DNA from: Clostridia bacterium
GTDB taxonomy: Bacteria > Bacillota > Clostridia > UBA1212 > DUPL01
Reading direction: 5' to 3'
Length of the DNA: 64,000 nucleotides
Assembly (NCBI GenBank): GCA_050951325.1
Contig: JBMNIW010000008.1
Span: forward strand, 160,001-224,000
This document shows, one piece after another, positions 31,256 to 41,180 of this stretch (position 1 is its first letter; every line of letters begins with the position of its first letter). The notes under the pieces were generated by a model, which was given only the letters and a program-made list of their open reading frames with translations, did no database searches and was not told the DNA's origin. Position numbers and translations under genes: made by a program.

Positions 31256-32581
31256 CTAATTTATTTCTATAAACCTTCCTTCTCCAGGAAGCAGTTCAAT
31301 TTCTACCTTGTTTCCATTCTTTAGTTGTTCAAGACCATTGGCTCCCCATACCTTAAACTCATACTTGTCGTCCAGCCTGATGGTTGCCTTCGTACCCTTC
31401 TCATAATCAAAGTTCATAACGTAAAAGCCTGTTTTGCCATCCCTTTCAAAACATCCAATCAGCAATTTTCCATCCGATTCAATTTTGTCTATACCTTCAT
31501 AATTTTCCACTCTCAAGGACTGATCAATGGAAGCCACATACTCTTCAGGCATGTTGTGTGTCATGAACACCTTGTGATCGTACTTCATGAACACACCCTT
31601 CATCGCATTTATATCCTGGTTCTGTTTTTGAACCCTGTAATAAACATCCGTTTTTTCGCCATTGTATGTTATCATGCCTTCAAATACGCCTTCCACACCA
31701 GGTTTATCGTCCGGCTGGCAGTACAGGAAGTATGAAAAGCTCTTTAGACCAAATATCAAGTGGAAATGTACAACGAATCTAAGTTCATCATCATTGGGAA
31801 GTCTTGTCCCCTGCCAGCTGCTGTTTTGTACAAAACCCCATGTGTCTACATTGTACCTTTCTCCATACAACCTTATAATACTGAAATTCTGCAGCATGAG
31901 CTGTATCTTATGATTGTCCTGTGTTTTGTCTGCCAGGAAAGGATAATGGTCAAAAGACAGAACATCAGGCCTTATCATATCCATGTACCTCTCCACATAC
32001 ACCTCGTAACTGCTTTTGTCTTCGGTGGGAGATGTTCCTAGGAAAGAATCAGGAGCGTAGTTGGGAAAAAGATTACACATTATAATCTTATCCTCATCAA
32101 CCATTTCCTTTAACTTGTCTCTAAGATTTGCAAGTTGTGAAAAGGACCCAAATCCAGGCTCATCCACCAGGTTGTATCCCATAACAGCAGGATGGTCTTT
32201 GGTCTTTTCCACCATGCTTATACCAAGCTGTCCAGGTCTTAATATGACAATGACCTTGATGTCGTGCTTGTGGGCTGCGTCCAAAGATCTCAAAAGCTGG
32301 TTGACATTGTATACCTCATGCACGGGATGATGGGTATATGTCATGTTAACGCCCACTTCTTTAAGCTCCTTGTACCTCATGTCGGCATCCTCGTCAGTTT
32401 CTGTCAGTCTGTACAAAGGCGGAACCCAGACCCCCAATAGAACGGGAGTATCTTCTGTCTCTTCATATATTTTTTTAATCATTTTCTCTTCCTCCTTGGT
32501 ATTGTCTTGACACGAAAAAAGATTTAACACGCACAACAAAACAAGCAAAATTGAAATAATCCTCTTAAGTTTCAATGCCAT
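31256..32581 (-). CDS. Lipoprotein, putative TIM-barrel glycoside hydrolase
   Basis: Lipobox LFSC; HPAVMGYNLVDEP, NLFPNY, LSFDHYP, YFLY. Confidence 0.6.
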   Translation of the reverse strand: MALKLKRIISILLVLLCVLNLFSCQDNTKEEEKMIKKIYEETEDTPVLLGVWVPPLYRLTETDEDADMRYKELKEVGVNMTYTHHPVHEVYNVNQLLRSLDAAHKHDIKVIVILRPGQLGISMVEKTKDHPAVMGYNLVDEPGFGSFSQLANLRDKLKEMVDEDKIIMCNLFPNYAPDSFLGTSPTEDKSSYEVYVERYMDMIRPDVLSFDHYPFLADKTQDNHKIQLMLQNFSIIRLYGERYNVDTWGFVQNSSWQGTRLPNDDELRFVVHFHLIFGLKSFSYFLYCQPDDKPGVEGVFEGMITYNGEKTDVYYRVQKQNQDINAMKGVFMKYDHKVFMTHNMPEEYVASIDQSLRVENYEGIDKIESDGKLLIGCFERDGKTGFYVMNFDYEKGTKATIRLDDKYEFKVWGANGLEQLKNGNKVEIELLPGEGRFIEIN

Positions 32582-32738
32582 TAAAAAATCCTCCATTCAC
32601 TTTTTCTTACATGTCCTTTATTCAAGTATATAAGCAAGGGAAGGTGCAGAATAACATTTTTATGTCAAAATGTAATACAAATCTATCATTTAAAATATAA
32701 AGAACAAAGTTAGGAAACTGTGTCAATGTAAAGACTTG

Positions 32739-32776
32739 AATATGTCTTCAAAATATAATATTTATTAAGACATATT
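32739..32776. promoter_or_regulatory. 10-bp inverted repeat in a divergent promoter region
   Basis: AATATGTCTT-N18-AAGACATATT. Confidence 0.45.
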
Positions 32777-32808
32777 GCAAACTTTGTGATAAAATAAATA
32801 CACAAACA

Positions 32809-33696
32809 TTGAGGAGGAACACGATGATTTCTTCTAAATATGACGAAATATCGTTTGCAAATGCCATGTTTCCAATAAAAGTGTACATAAAATCCAAGGT
32901 ACCCATGAACTATGTACAGCTGACGCTTACATGGCATGAGCAGCTTGAAATAATCAGATTCAGAAAAGGAGGCGCTATTGTACAGATAGGCAACCATAGA
33001 TATGTGGCCGAAGACAACGACATTTTTGTCTTTAACCCTCGTGAGCCGCATTCATTGAGTTCCCATGCGGGGTTTCCTGAGTTCGACTGCATTATGATAG
33101 ACAAGCAGATTTATTCCTCCACAGAACGAGACATATGCGAGCACAAATATGTAAAACCTATGGAAAACCATCAGATTTGGTTTGACAATCACATCAAGAA
33201 CAGTGCAGAATTGCTTGAGCTTATAGAGCAACTATTAAATGAGATTATCAACAACGAGTTTGCGTATGAACTGGCGGTAAAAGGTGCGATTCACAACATG
33301 CTGGCACACCTTTTTAGGAACCACATAAACACCATAAAGTCTAACAGCGAGCTGAAAAGGAGCATGCTCTCTTACGAAAGACTCAATCCCGTCTTTCAAT
33401 ATATTGAAAACAACTATGCGAGTGAAATAAAGATTGAGAATCTTGCATCTCTCACATATCTTTCAACTTCCCATTTCAGCCGGCTGTTTAAACAGGCTAC
33501 AGGAAAAACTGCGACCCAGTACATAAACGAGTTCAGAATATCGAAAGCCGAAGTTCTTTTGAAAACAACAGATTTGAGTGTTTCAGACGTGGCTGAAAGA
33601 GTTGGTTTCATAAGCAGCAGCTATTTTGCCAAATGGTTAAAAACCTTGAGAAACACCACCCCCACAGAGCTTAGAAAAATGCATGCAAAAACATAA
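32809..33696 (+). CDS. AraC family regulator (cupin + HTH)
   Basis: WHEQLE, SHFSRLFK, VGFISSSYF. The true start may be ATG 32824. Confidence 0.92.
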   Translation: MRRNTMISSKYDEISFANAMFPIKVYIKSKVPMNYVQLTLTWHEQLEIIRFRKGGAIVQIGNHRYVAEDNDIFVFNPREPHSLSSHAGFPEFDCIMIDKQIYSSTERDICEHKYVKPMENHQIWFDNHIKNSAELLELIEQLLNEIINNEFAYELAVKGAIHNMLAHLFRNHINTIKSNSELKRSMLSYERLNPVFQYIENNYASEIKIENLASLTYLSTSHFSRLFKQATGKTATQYINEFRISKAEVLLKTTDLSVSDVAERVGFISSSYFAKWLKTLRNTTPTELRKMHAKT

Positions 33697-33718
33697 AAAT
33701 AAATGTAAAGGTGAGTAT

Positions 33719-35050
33719 ATGAAAAGAAAAGTTTTAATTCTATTGCTAATATTAATTATTGTTCTTTCGTCATGCGTAGGCGGAGGTTCAGATCCAACAC
33801 CCGAGCCCACGACAGAGCCGACACCGATTCCTGCAATGAATTTTGAGGTTACAAACATCAAAAACATAGACATTGCAAAATCCGGTGTTATACCCGACTA
33901 CATTGACATGAACCAGGCCCAGGCTTGGGACTGTACGGGCATCGATCCAAACGGCATCATCTATTTTGGAATCACTGTTGTCCGCAGAAGGGATGAATTC
34001 AAAGGCAAGGAAGACTTTGCTGTATTGTCGTACAATCCCGACACGGAAGAACTCAAATTCCACGGTACCTTCATGAATGCCGCAAAAGAAGCCGGCACGT
34101 TATACGATGATGAACAATTGCCAAAGGGGCACACCCAGTTCATTTACTATAACGGAAAGATGTACATGGGCTCGCAGAACTTCCACGATGCAGGCAAGTT
34201 CGACACAAAAACCACCATACCGGACAACAAACCCATGGACAAAATGCATGGCGGCCATCTCTTTTCACTGGATGTTGAAACAGAAGAATTAAAGGATGAA
34301 ACCGCTCATCTTCCAAATGGTGTTTTGATTGAACATGAAGGTATACTGCAAGTACGTCTTATACCGGGCACATCCACCCTGGTATGCATGTCCACACCAG
34401 AGTATAAACTGGTTTTCTACAATCTGGAGACAAAAACCATTGAAAAAACCGTAGACACAACCGGCTGGATGCCAAACAATCCGTTAAGCAGAGAGATAGT
34501 GATTGTGGAAGACAGAATATACGTCTACAGAGGCGTTGAGGATGATGTTACTGTCCGTGAAAACCTATATCCCATTTACTACTATGACATTACGAAGGAT
34601 GAGTTTGTGGAGACCGAATATGAGGCTTTCGGAGGTTTTTGGAACGGACAGTGCACAACTCCGGATGGAAAAACGACTTTTGTATCCTCCTGCTGCGGTG
34701 AACTCTATTCCATAGACCACGAGACCTTTGAGATAAAACACCACGGAAACCTGAAAACACCTGATAAGAAGACTGTCATCAACTATCTGTACAGCCTGTG
34801 CATGGCTCCTGACGGAAGAAAAATATTTTATGTGCCTTCCGTATACTTAAAAGATTATGGAGTTATGCAGTATGATATAGAGACGGGTGAAATTACATCC
34901 TTGTCACCAATGCCTCTTGCCGTCTACACTGGCAATGGTGTAATTGACGATCAAGGAAGACTTTACTTCACCAAGTTTGGCAGCGCTTCCATGCGATCAG
35001 GTAAATTTGAACTTTGTGAAATAACGATTCAAGGTTCCCCGATTTCATAA
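33719..35050 (+). CDS. Beta-propeller lipoprotein
   Basis: Lipobox LSSC, PT linker, repeated xPDGk..Y blades. Confidence 0.7.
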   Translation: MKRKVLILLLILIIVLSSCVGGGSDPTPEPTTEPTPIPAMNFEVTNIKNIDIAKSGVIPDYIDMNQAQAWDCTGIDPNGIIYFGITVVRRRDEFKGKEDFAVLSYNPDTEELKFHGTFMNAAKEAGTLYDDEQLPKGHTQFIYYNGKMYMGSQNFHDAGKFDTKTTIPDNKPMDKMHGGHLFSLDVETEELKDETAHLPNGVLIEHEGILQVRLIPGTSTLVCMSTPEYKLVFYNLETKTIEKTVDTTGWMPNNPLSREIVIVEDRIYVYRGVEDDVTVRENLYPIYYYDITKDEFVETEYEAFGGFWNGQCTTPDGKTTFVSSCCGELYSIDHETFEIKHHGNLKTPDKKTVINYLYSLCMAPDGRKIFYVPSVYLKDYGVMQYDIETGEITSLSPMPLAVYTGNGVIDDQGRLYFTKFGSASMRSGKFELCEITIQGSPIS

Positions 35051-35094
35051 AACTTATTCCTCCCAATATCCATATTTTTCTTCCATGTGCTATA

Positions 35095-35436
35095 ATGGGT
35101 TTGGGAGGAATATTGATGAGCAAAAAGGAAGAGCTAAAAAAGAAACATGTAAATATGCAGCTAATCAAAACAAGATCGTCGAAAATTACAGATATGCCCG
35201 TTGAAAAATGTAATGTGGAGTATTGGCCCGCATGCTGTTCTGGTTTGTGTACATATGTTGGAGATGCCAGCTTGAAAGAGCTTAAAGAAGCAGACTTGCT
35301 GGATGAGTTTTTAATGAAATGTCAGATTCTTTCATGGGATTTGAAAGACAAACTTGAAAAAGGGCAGATAACAAGCCATCTGTACCAGTGCTCATTATGC
35401 GGAAAATATTATATGAGCATGGATGCCTTTAATTAA
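35095..35436 (+). CDS. CbrC/UPF0167-like zinc-binding protein (C-terminal part)
   Basis: WPACC..CTYVG and LYQCSLCGK. Confidence 0.5.
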   Translation: MGLGGILMSKKEELKKKHVNMQLIKTRSSKITDMPVEKCNVEYWPACCSGLCTYVGDASLKELKEADLLDEFLMKCQILSWDLKDKLEKGQITSHLYQCSLCGKYYMSMDAFN

Positions 35437-35858
35437 TACCTTTTTCTTTTGAACAGCTCATAAGCTTCGTAAAGGGCAAGAAATTCTTCGATTGAACCAC
35501 CAGTGTCAGGGTGCATTTCTTTTGCAAGTTCCCTGAATTTTTTCTTTACTGTCTCCATGTCGGAGTTTATCGGTAGTTTTAGAACAGGATGCAGAACATG
35601 CTGTACATGGTAGTTTAGTCTGTCTACAATCTCAAAGAAGTATTCGTCAACAACTTCCTCAAACTCTGCATCACTCATAAAGAGAAGTTCATCAAGGGTG
35701 TATCTTGCCCCTTTTTTATACGGCTTTTTCAGGTCAAAAAACGAATCCCACACATAAGACATCGAAACACACTCGACACCTAAAAGACCGCAAGTCATTC
35801 TGACTTCCTTCTTTTTCAACTCCCTGAGAAATCTTTTCAATCTGTCTGCATCCATCAT
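35433..35858 (-). CDS. Protein with C-terminal J-domain
   Basis: KKKFRELAKEMHPDTGG. Confidence 0.8.
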   Translation of the reverse strand: MMDADRLKRFLRELKKKEVRMTCGLLGVECVSMSYVWDSFFDLKKPYKKGARYTLDELLFMSDAEFEEVVDEYFFEIVDRLNYHVQHVLHPVLKLPINSDMETVKKKFRELAKEMHPDTGGSIEEFLALYEAYELFKRKRY

Positions 35859-35861
35859 AAT

Positions 35862-37796
35862 TCACTCATTGTAATATTGCTTGATTTCATCAACCATAAG
35901 ACCGTAACCTATTCCCATCAAAATCTCAGCTACAGTCCAGCCTGATTCAATCGCCCAAGGACCCCAGCCCACGTCATGGGGAACTCCATAAACCTCATGC
36001 ATTTCAAGATCAAATCCTCTTGCCCATGCACCATTCAGGTTAGAGTCTTTGCTGAGTATTTGGGATTTGATAAAAAACGTTGTAATATCCTTCCACATGT
36101 CATAAAACATTTCATCTTTTGTTATCAGATAACTCTGTATGTATGCAAGAGGCAGCCAATTGACAGAATACAGAAGATCTGACACTGGGTCTCCGTTCTT
36201 CGTCAACAGAGAACACTCCGAATCAATTTTACGGCTTCTGGCAGCACGATAACCCGTATCCCACTCAATATATGAGCCAAAGGAATGACGCAGTTTTTTT
36301 AGATCCTCACAAACCCTGTACAGCCACTTTTTATGCTTCTCCTCTCCTGTGACAAAGTACAGCCAGGCAAGCGGAAGAACAAGACGGCACATTTCCTGGG
36401 TCTCACTTTGCTCTCTGTACAAGTCAGGATATTTGGTCATAAGGGTGGTAAGTCCTCTAACTGCAACTTCTTTAAACTCCTCTATTCCGGTCAACTTGTA
36501 TGCCATGAGAAGGGTTGCATGGTAAAAGGCATTGTAATGGGCAGAAGGGAAATTGGCAGGATTGTTCTTTATCCTGTTCATTTCCTCATCGCTTAAATAC
36601 AGAAGATCCGTCCTGCCGGGACGAAGACCGTCTGTTCCCGTTGTCTTGACAAGAAACCAAAGAGCCTCCACCACATCATCCAGATGTTTTGTATCCCTGT
36701 CAGAACCTTTGGTGTAAAAGCTTCTCAGCAATGTCGGCATTATAACCCTTGCCACATCATCCTGATAGCATACACCCCAGGCAACCTCGGTCCACCTTAT
36801 CATGCCTTTGTACATACCTTCCTTTATCTGCATGTTGTTGTAGCAGTAGTCTTCCAGGTTGTTCGCAATTTCAAGGCTCTTGACATCCCCGGTGAGCATG
36901 TGGTGAACAAAAAAAGCTCCTGAGGTTTCCCCTGCACAATCCGCCCTTACGGTATCTGCAACTTTCTGCACACCTTTTGCATCTATGTCGTGGTGAAATC
37001 CTTCCAGGACTCCGTCCTTTCCCCCGGAAAGAAGTATATTGGCATTATGGAACCAGTCCATGCCCATAAGAAAGCTTTCTTTTGCAGCCTCATCAAAGTC
37101 CTTGATTTCCATGTCGCTTCTGTTAGTATATGCTGTTTCAAAAGCATAATCAACATTAAGAGGATTATCACAAAGCCAAGACACAAGCCACAAAACCAGC
37201 GACTGCCACTTCTTCATGGGAGAGAATCTTGCTTTTATAAAATTGCAAAGGCGGAAATTGCAAACAAGGGTGTTGTCATCATATTTCCACAAAGCCCATT
37301 TTGTTATGTCATTCTTTTCATCATCATTCAATGATGCTTTTGAATGTGAGTTTATGTACCTTTTATAAACAAGAATCGGCGAAGATTCCGCACCTTTGAA
37401 ATACGTATGGGAAAAATCATTGCACTGGTCATCCAAAATATCTTCATAAAACAAAGTATCATTTAAATCTTCTCCCAGGTAAACAAGTCTGCTGAACCTG
37501 GTTTTAACAGGTTCAGCAGAATACACATCCCCTATACTAAGACAATACTCTACAAAAAACTTCTTGCCTTTCTCCCTTTCCTTTTCAAGAACTATTCTGG
37601 AAGATGCATTCAGGGAAAAAGGCTTCTCACTGGTACCACCAAGGATGCAGTAGCAGTCAAAATTTTTTAAGTCCTTTTCCCCCAATTCCCTTTTATTTAT
37701 ATATTCTACAGTATATACTCCTGTTTTATATCCAATCTCTTCAATAACATTCGAGAGGTCACTTTTCTCGTCAGTTATTACAGCAAGACTCTTCAT
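35862..37796 (-). CDS. Hypothetical protein, probable (alpha/alpha)6-barrel sugar enzyme
   Basis: Repeated AYKLTG / LYFVTG / YLITKD helix-turn motifs; GAAAGGAG RBS before MKSLAV. Confidence 0.55.
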   Translation of the reverse strand: MKSLAVITDEKSDLSNVIEEIGYKTGVYTVEYINKRELGEKDLKNFDCYCILGGTSEKPFSLNASSRIVLEKEREKGKKFFVEYCLSIGDVYSAEPVKTRFSRLVYLGEDLNDTLFYEDILDDQCNDFSHTYFKGAESSPILVYKRYINSHSKASLNDDEKNDITKWALWKYDDNTLVCNFRLCNFIKARFSPMKKWQSLVLWLVSWLCDNPLNVDYAFETAYTNRSDMEIKDFDEAAKESFLMGMDWFHNANILLSGGKDGVLEGFHHDIDAKGVQKVADTVRADCAGETSGAFFVHHMLTGDVKSLEIANNLEDYCYNNMQIKEGMYKGMIRWTEVAWGVCYQDDVARVIMPTLLRSFYTKGSDRDTKHLDDVVEALWFLVKTTGTDGLRPGRTDLLYLSDEEMNRIKNNPANFPSAHYNAFYHATLLMAYKLTGIEEFKEVAVRGLTTLMTKYPDLYREQSETQEMCRLVLPLAWLYFVTGEEKHKKWLYRVCEDLKKLRHSFGSYIEWDTGYRAARSRKIDSECSLLTKNGDPVSDLLYSVNWLPLAYIQSYLITKDEMFYDMWKDITTFFIKSQILSKDSNLNGAWARGFDLEMHEVYGVPHDVGWGPWAIESGWTVAEILMGIGYGLMVDEIKQYYNE

Positions 37797-37895
37797 AAAT
37801 TGTATTCTCCTTTCATGCACACGTTTCTCATTTTGCATAGAAGGATTATACATTCTTGACTACCCATTTACAAGTTAATTTTTATTTAAATTTCT

Positions 37896-39269
37896 TTATG
37901 CAGTGCTGGAAAATCTAACAAAAGCAATACCCAAAGGAGCACCATTTCCTTCAGAGACCGGATCTATCCTGATACCGGTAATTGTTCCTGTATACTTTGG
38001 ATTAACCGACATATCAATTGTATGGGTCCACCATCCACCGCCATTGGTGCATGTAAAGGTTACTGTTTTGCTCTCGTCGTAATAGTTTTCCTGAGCGGTC
38101 TTGAAATATATTTTGCCGTCCGTTCTTGTGTTTTGGTTTGCAATGTTAACCTTTATGTATCTGTTGTTTTCTGCAGGCAATTCAATGGCAGGTGATTCAA
38201 AATATGGGTCAAGCATGTGAGTATAAACAACCCATGATCCACCGGAACTTGGTCCATAGTCATACATCAGATTCTTTGTGGTCCATCCTTCCCTGTTGCC
38301 TTCCACTTCGAACTCCCAGCCGCGAACATATATTGATTGGCCTATGTTCCAGGTGGAAGGAGACGTGCTTCCTGTTCCATAGTACACATATATATACTCC
38401 GTGTTTGCTTCAAAGTAGATGTTTCCATAAGGGTCTCTCAGGAAACCCGGATTGTGATTTTTCACATTGCCTGTGGTGAGGGATGAAATACCACCGGTAT
38501 GACGCCATGTGGACATAAGGGAACTGTTTTCGGTCTCGTAGATATAGATTTCCTGATCATTGCCGTGTTTGGTGCAGATATACCATTTTCCTTCACTGGA
38601 AGAGTATGCAATATCACCAATATGCTCCCAGGATCTGGGATGAGGCACTTTTTGTCTGTTGCCAAAATTAATCCCGTCCGTTGATGTCACCATGTAGTTT
38701 CCGCCCAATGTGGAATCGAAATATATCATGATTATGGTACCGTTGTCATTATATACGGTGCACATGCCTGCGCCATATTGCTTGGTTGGAGGTGTTGCAT
38801 CACCGTGGGGGGATATGATTGGAGGTCCGTATCTCACCCAGTTGACTCCGTCATTTGAGAAGGCCACACCAATATGACTGTCATATCCGATGTTGTCATA
38901 TGTAGCAGTGTAGTACATGGCATATGAATAGTTTACACCATTAAAGGTAAAAGAACCTTTGATAACACTTGGGTCGCATACATGTCTTGAATCCCATCCT
39001 GACGAGGACCTTGTAAATACCAGCCTAGGACTCTCCCATCCGGTAGGAGTAAGTCTTGAGTAGTAAATACCGTCTCCACTACCGGTTCCTCCTCCCCACC
39101 ACATTTTGATAAGAGGACCATCTCCAATCATGACAGAGGGCGCATAGTCGTAATCGCTTCGGTAAAGGGTTACACCCATATACCTTGTGGCTCCTGCATT
39201 TGCCATTATGCCCAACACAGGGAGCATAAGCAGCAGACACAATACTTTTGCAAAAGCTTTTCTTCTCAT
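37896..39269 (-). CDS. Secreted five-bladed beta-propeller glycoside hydrolase (GH43/32/130-like) + C-terminal CBM-like domain
   Basis: Signal peptide; YAPSVM, WD..HVCDPSV, GVAFSNDGVNW, STDGINF; ITGIRIDP. Confidence 0.7.
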   Translation of the reverse strand: MRRKAFAKVLCLLLMLPVLGIMANAGATRYMGVTLYRSDYDYAPSVMIGDGPLIKMWWGGGTGSGDGIYYSRLTPTGWESPRLVFTRSSSGWDSRHVCDPSVIKGSFTFNGVNYSYAMYYTATYDNIGYDSHIGVAFSNDGVNWVRYGPPIISPHGDATPPTKQYGAGMCTVYNDNGTIIMIYFDSTLGGNYMVTSTDGINFGNRQKVPHPRSWEHIGDIAYSSSEGKWYICTKHGNDQEIYIYETENSSLMSTWRHTGGISSLTTGNVKNHNPGFLRDPYGNIYFEANTEYIYVYYGTGSTSPSTWNIGQSIYVRGWEFEVEGNREGWTTKNLMYDYGPSSGGSWVVYTHMLDPYFESPAIELPAENNRYIKVNIANQNTRTDGKIYFKTAQENYYDESKTVTFTCTNGGGWWTHTIDMSVNPKYTGTITGIRIDPVSEGNGAPLGIAFVRFSSTA

Positions 39270-39320
39270 TCTCTCTACTCCCTTCATACAGTATTCATAC
39301 TATTCTATGCTTTTTGGCAT

Positions 39321-39344
39321 AAAAAAATCTCCCATAGGGAGACT
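39321..39344 (-). terminator. Intrinsic terminator of metY-ridA
   Basis: TCTCCC-TAT-GGGAGA followed by T7. Confidence 0.75.
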
Positions 39345-39688
39345 TATTTTTCTGGAATATATGCTATTGCCTCAATTTCCACCATAACATCCTTTGGAAG
39401 ACGTGCAACCTCAACACAGGCTCGTGCAGGTTTATTTTTGAAATACTCTGCATACACGTTGTTGAAAATGCCAAAGTCATCCATAGACTTAAGGTAGCAC
39501 GTCGTTTTTAAAACATATTCAAGACCACTTCCGGCCATTTTCAACACATTGGACAAGTTCTCAATTGCCTGTCTGGTCTGCTCCTTTATGTCAAGTATAT
39601 TGTCTGCGGGTATCTGACCCGAAGTATATACCATGCCATTAAATACTTTGAAATGGGAATATGGCCCTAGGGGCTCTGGTAGCTTCAT
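39344..39688 (-). CDS. ridA: RidA family enamine/imine deaminase
   Basis: GPYS, SGQIP, PARACVEV..LPK...EIEAIA. Confidence 0.9.
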   Translation of the reverse strand: MKLPEPLGPYSHFKVFNGMVYTSGQIPADNILDIKEQTRQAIENLSNVLKMAGSGLEYVLKTTCYLKSMDDFGIFNNVYAEYFKNKPARACVEVARLPKDVMVEIEAIAYIPEK

Positions 39689-40971
39689 ACAACCTCCTTG
39701 AATGCCTGCTCCAGATCTTCCAGTATATCATCTATATGTTCAATACCTATTGAAAGACGAACAGTATTTGGTTTGATTCCTATACCTAAAAGCTCCTCTT
39801 CACTTAGCTGCGAATGGGTTGTGGATGCAGGATGTATAACCAATGATTTTGCATCCGCCACATTTGCAAGCAACGAGAACAGCTTGAGAGATTCAACAAA
39901 CTTTCTAGCTTCCTTGTCCGTCCCCTTTATTTCAAAAGTAAATATGGAACCTCCACCGTTTGGCAGATACTTTTTGTATAGTTCAAGCTGCTTTCCAGTG
40001 TCTTGGGAAGGATGATTTACTTTTTCCACCATTGGATGAGTGCTTAGGTACTCAACTACCCTAAGAGCATTCTCCATATGTCTTTCCACTCTCAAAGAAA
40101 GAGTTTCAAGACCTTGTAAAAGAAGGAACGAGTTGAATGGACTTATGCATGCACCGGTATCCCTCATTAATGTGGTCCTAAGTTTGATAATATATGCGAG
40201 ATTTCCAACCACATCAGTAAATACAACTCCGTGGTATGAAGGATTTGGTTTTGTCAGCCCGGGGAACTTGTCATTCTGAGTCCAGTCAAAATTACCGCTG
40301 TCCACCACTACTCCGCCGATAACAGTGCCATGTCCTCCTATGAATTTTGTCGCAGAGTGAACTACAATATCAGCACCGTATTCAATTGGGCGGATTAAAT
40401 ATGGGGTTGCAAAGGTATTGTCTACAATTAGCGGAATACCATTTCTGTGAGCTATCTTTGCAGCATTTTCAATATCTGCAATATCGCTGTTTGGATTGCC
40501 CAAACTCTCTAGGAATATTGCCTTTGTATTCTCCTTGATTGCATTTTCAACCTCTTCCTCATTGTTGATATCAACGAACGTGGTGGCAATCCCACTCTCA
40601 GTCAGGGTGTTTGCAAACAGATTGTATGTTCCTCCATAAATGGACTTGGATGACACTATGTGGTCTCCTGTTCTCGCAATATTTTGAATGGAATACGCAA
40701 TTGCCGAAGAACCGGAGGATGTGGCAAGAGCAGCAACTCCCTTTTCCAAAGCAGCTATTCTCTTTTCAAATACATCTGTAGTCGGATTCATCAACCTGGT
40801 ATATATGTTTCCTGGTTCGGCCAAAGCAAACCTGCCTGCTGCCTGATCGCAGTCCTTGAATACATACGAAGTAGTTGCGTAAATGGGAACAGCTCTTGCA
40901 TCGGTTGCGCTATCAGGCTGTTTCTGACCTGCGTGGATTTGTAATGTTTCGAATCTGTAATTCTTCTCCAT
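39685..40971 (-). CDS. metY: O-acetylhomoserine aminocarboxypropyltransferase (sulfhydrylase)
   Basis: AVPIYATTSY, YTRLMNPT, HSATKFIGGHG (PLP Lys), HPASTTHSQL. Confidence 0.93.
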   Translation of the reverse strand: MEKNYRFETLQIHAGQKQPDSATDARAVPIYATTSYVFKDCDQAAGRFALAEPGNIYTRLMNPTTDVFEKRIAALEKGVAALATSSGSSAIAYSIQNIARTGDHIVSSKSIYGGTYNLFANTLTESGIATTFVDINNEEEVENAIKENTKAIFLESLGNPNSDIADIENAAKIAHRNGIPLIVDNTFATPYLIRPIEYGADIVVHSATKFIGGHGTVIGGVVVDSGNFDWTQNDKFPGLTKPNPSYHGVVFTDVVGNLAYIIKLRTTLMRDTGACISPFNSFLLLQGLETLSLRVERHMENALRVVEYLSTHPMVEKVNHPSQDTGKQLELYKKYLPNGGGSIFTFEIKGTDKEARKFVESLKLFSLLANVADAKSLVIHPASTTHSQLSEEELLGIGIKPNTVRLSIGIEHIDDILEDLEQAFKEVV

Positions 40972-40988
40972 AATCATCACTCCCTGTT

Positions 40989-41015
40989 TAATTCCTATTA
41001 AAGTAATAGGAATTA
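40989..41015. promoter_or_regulatory. Rrf2-family (CymR-like) operator
   Basis: Perfect 12-bp inverted repeat TAATTCCTATTA-AAG-TAATAGGAATTA just upstream of metY; resembles the CymR ATMGGAAT half-site. Confidence 0.7.
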
Positions 41016-41180
41016 TATTAACTCATAAATTTCCATATGTCAATATGTTTTTTATTTCAAATTAAAATAAACAAACATAGCAAACAAAGTATACGAAAGA
41101 GTTAAATAAAGCATTTGTACAATATATATTCCTCCATTATGATTGTGCAAAAGAAATATAAAAACGAAGGAGTTGAAACA

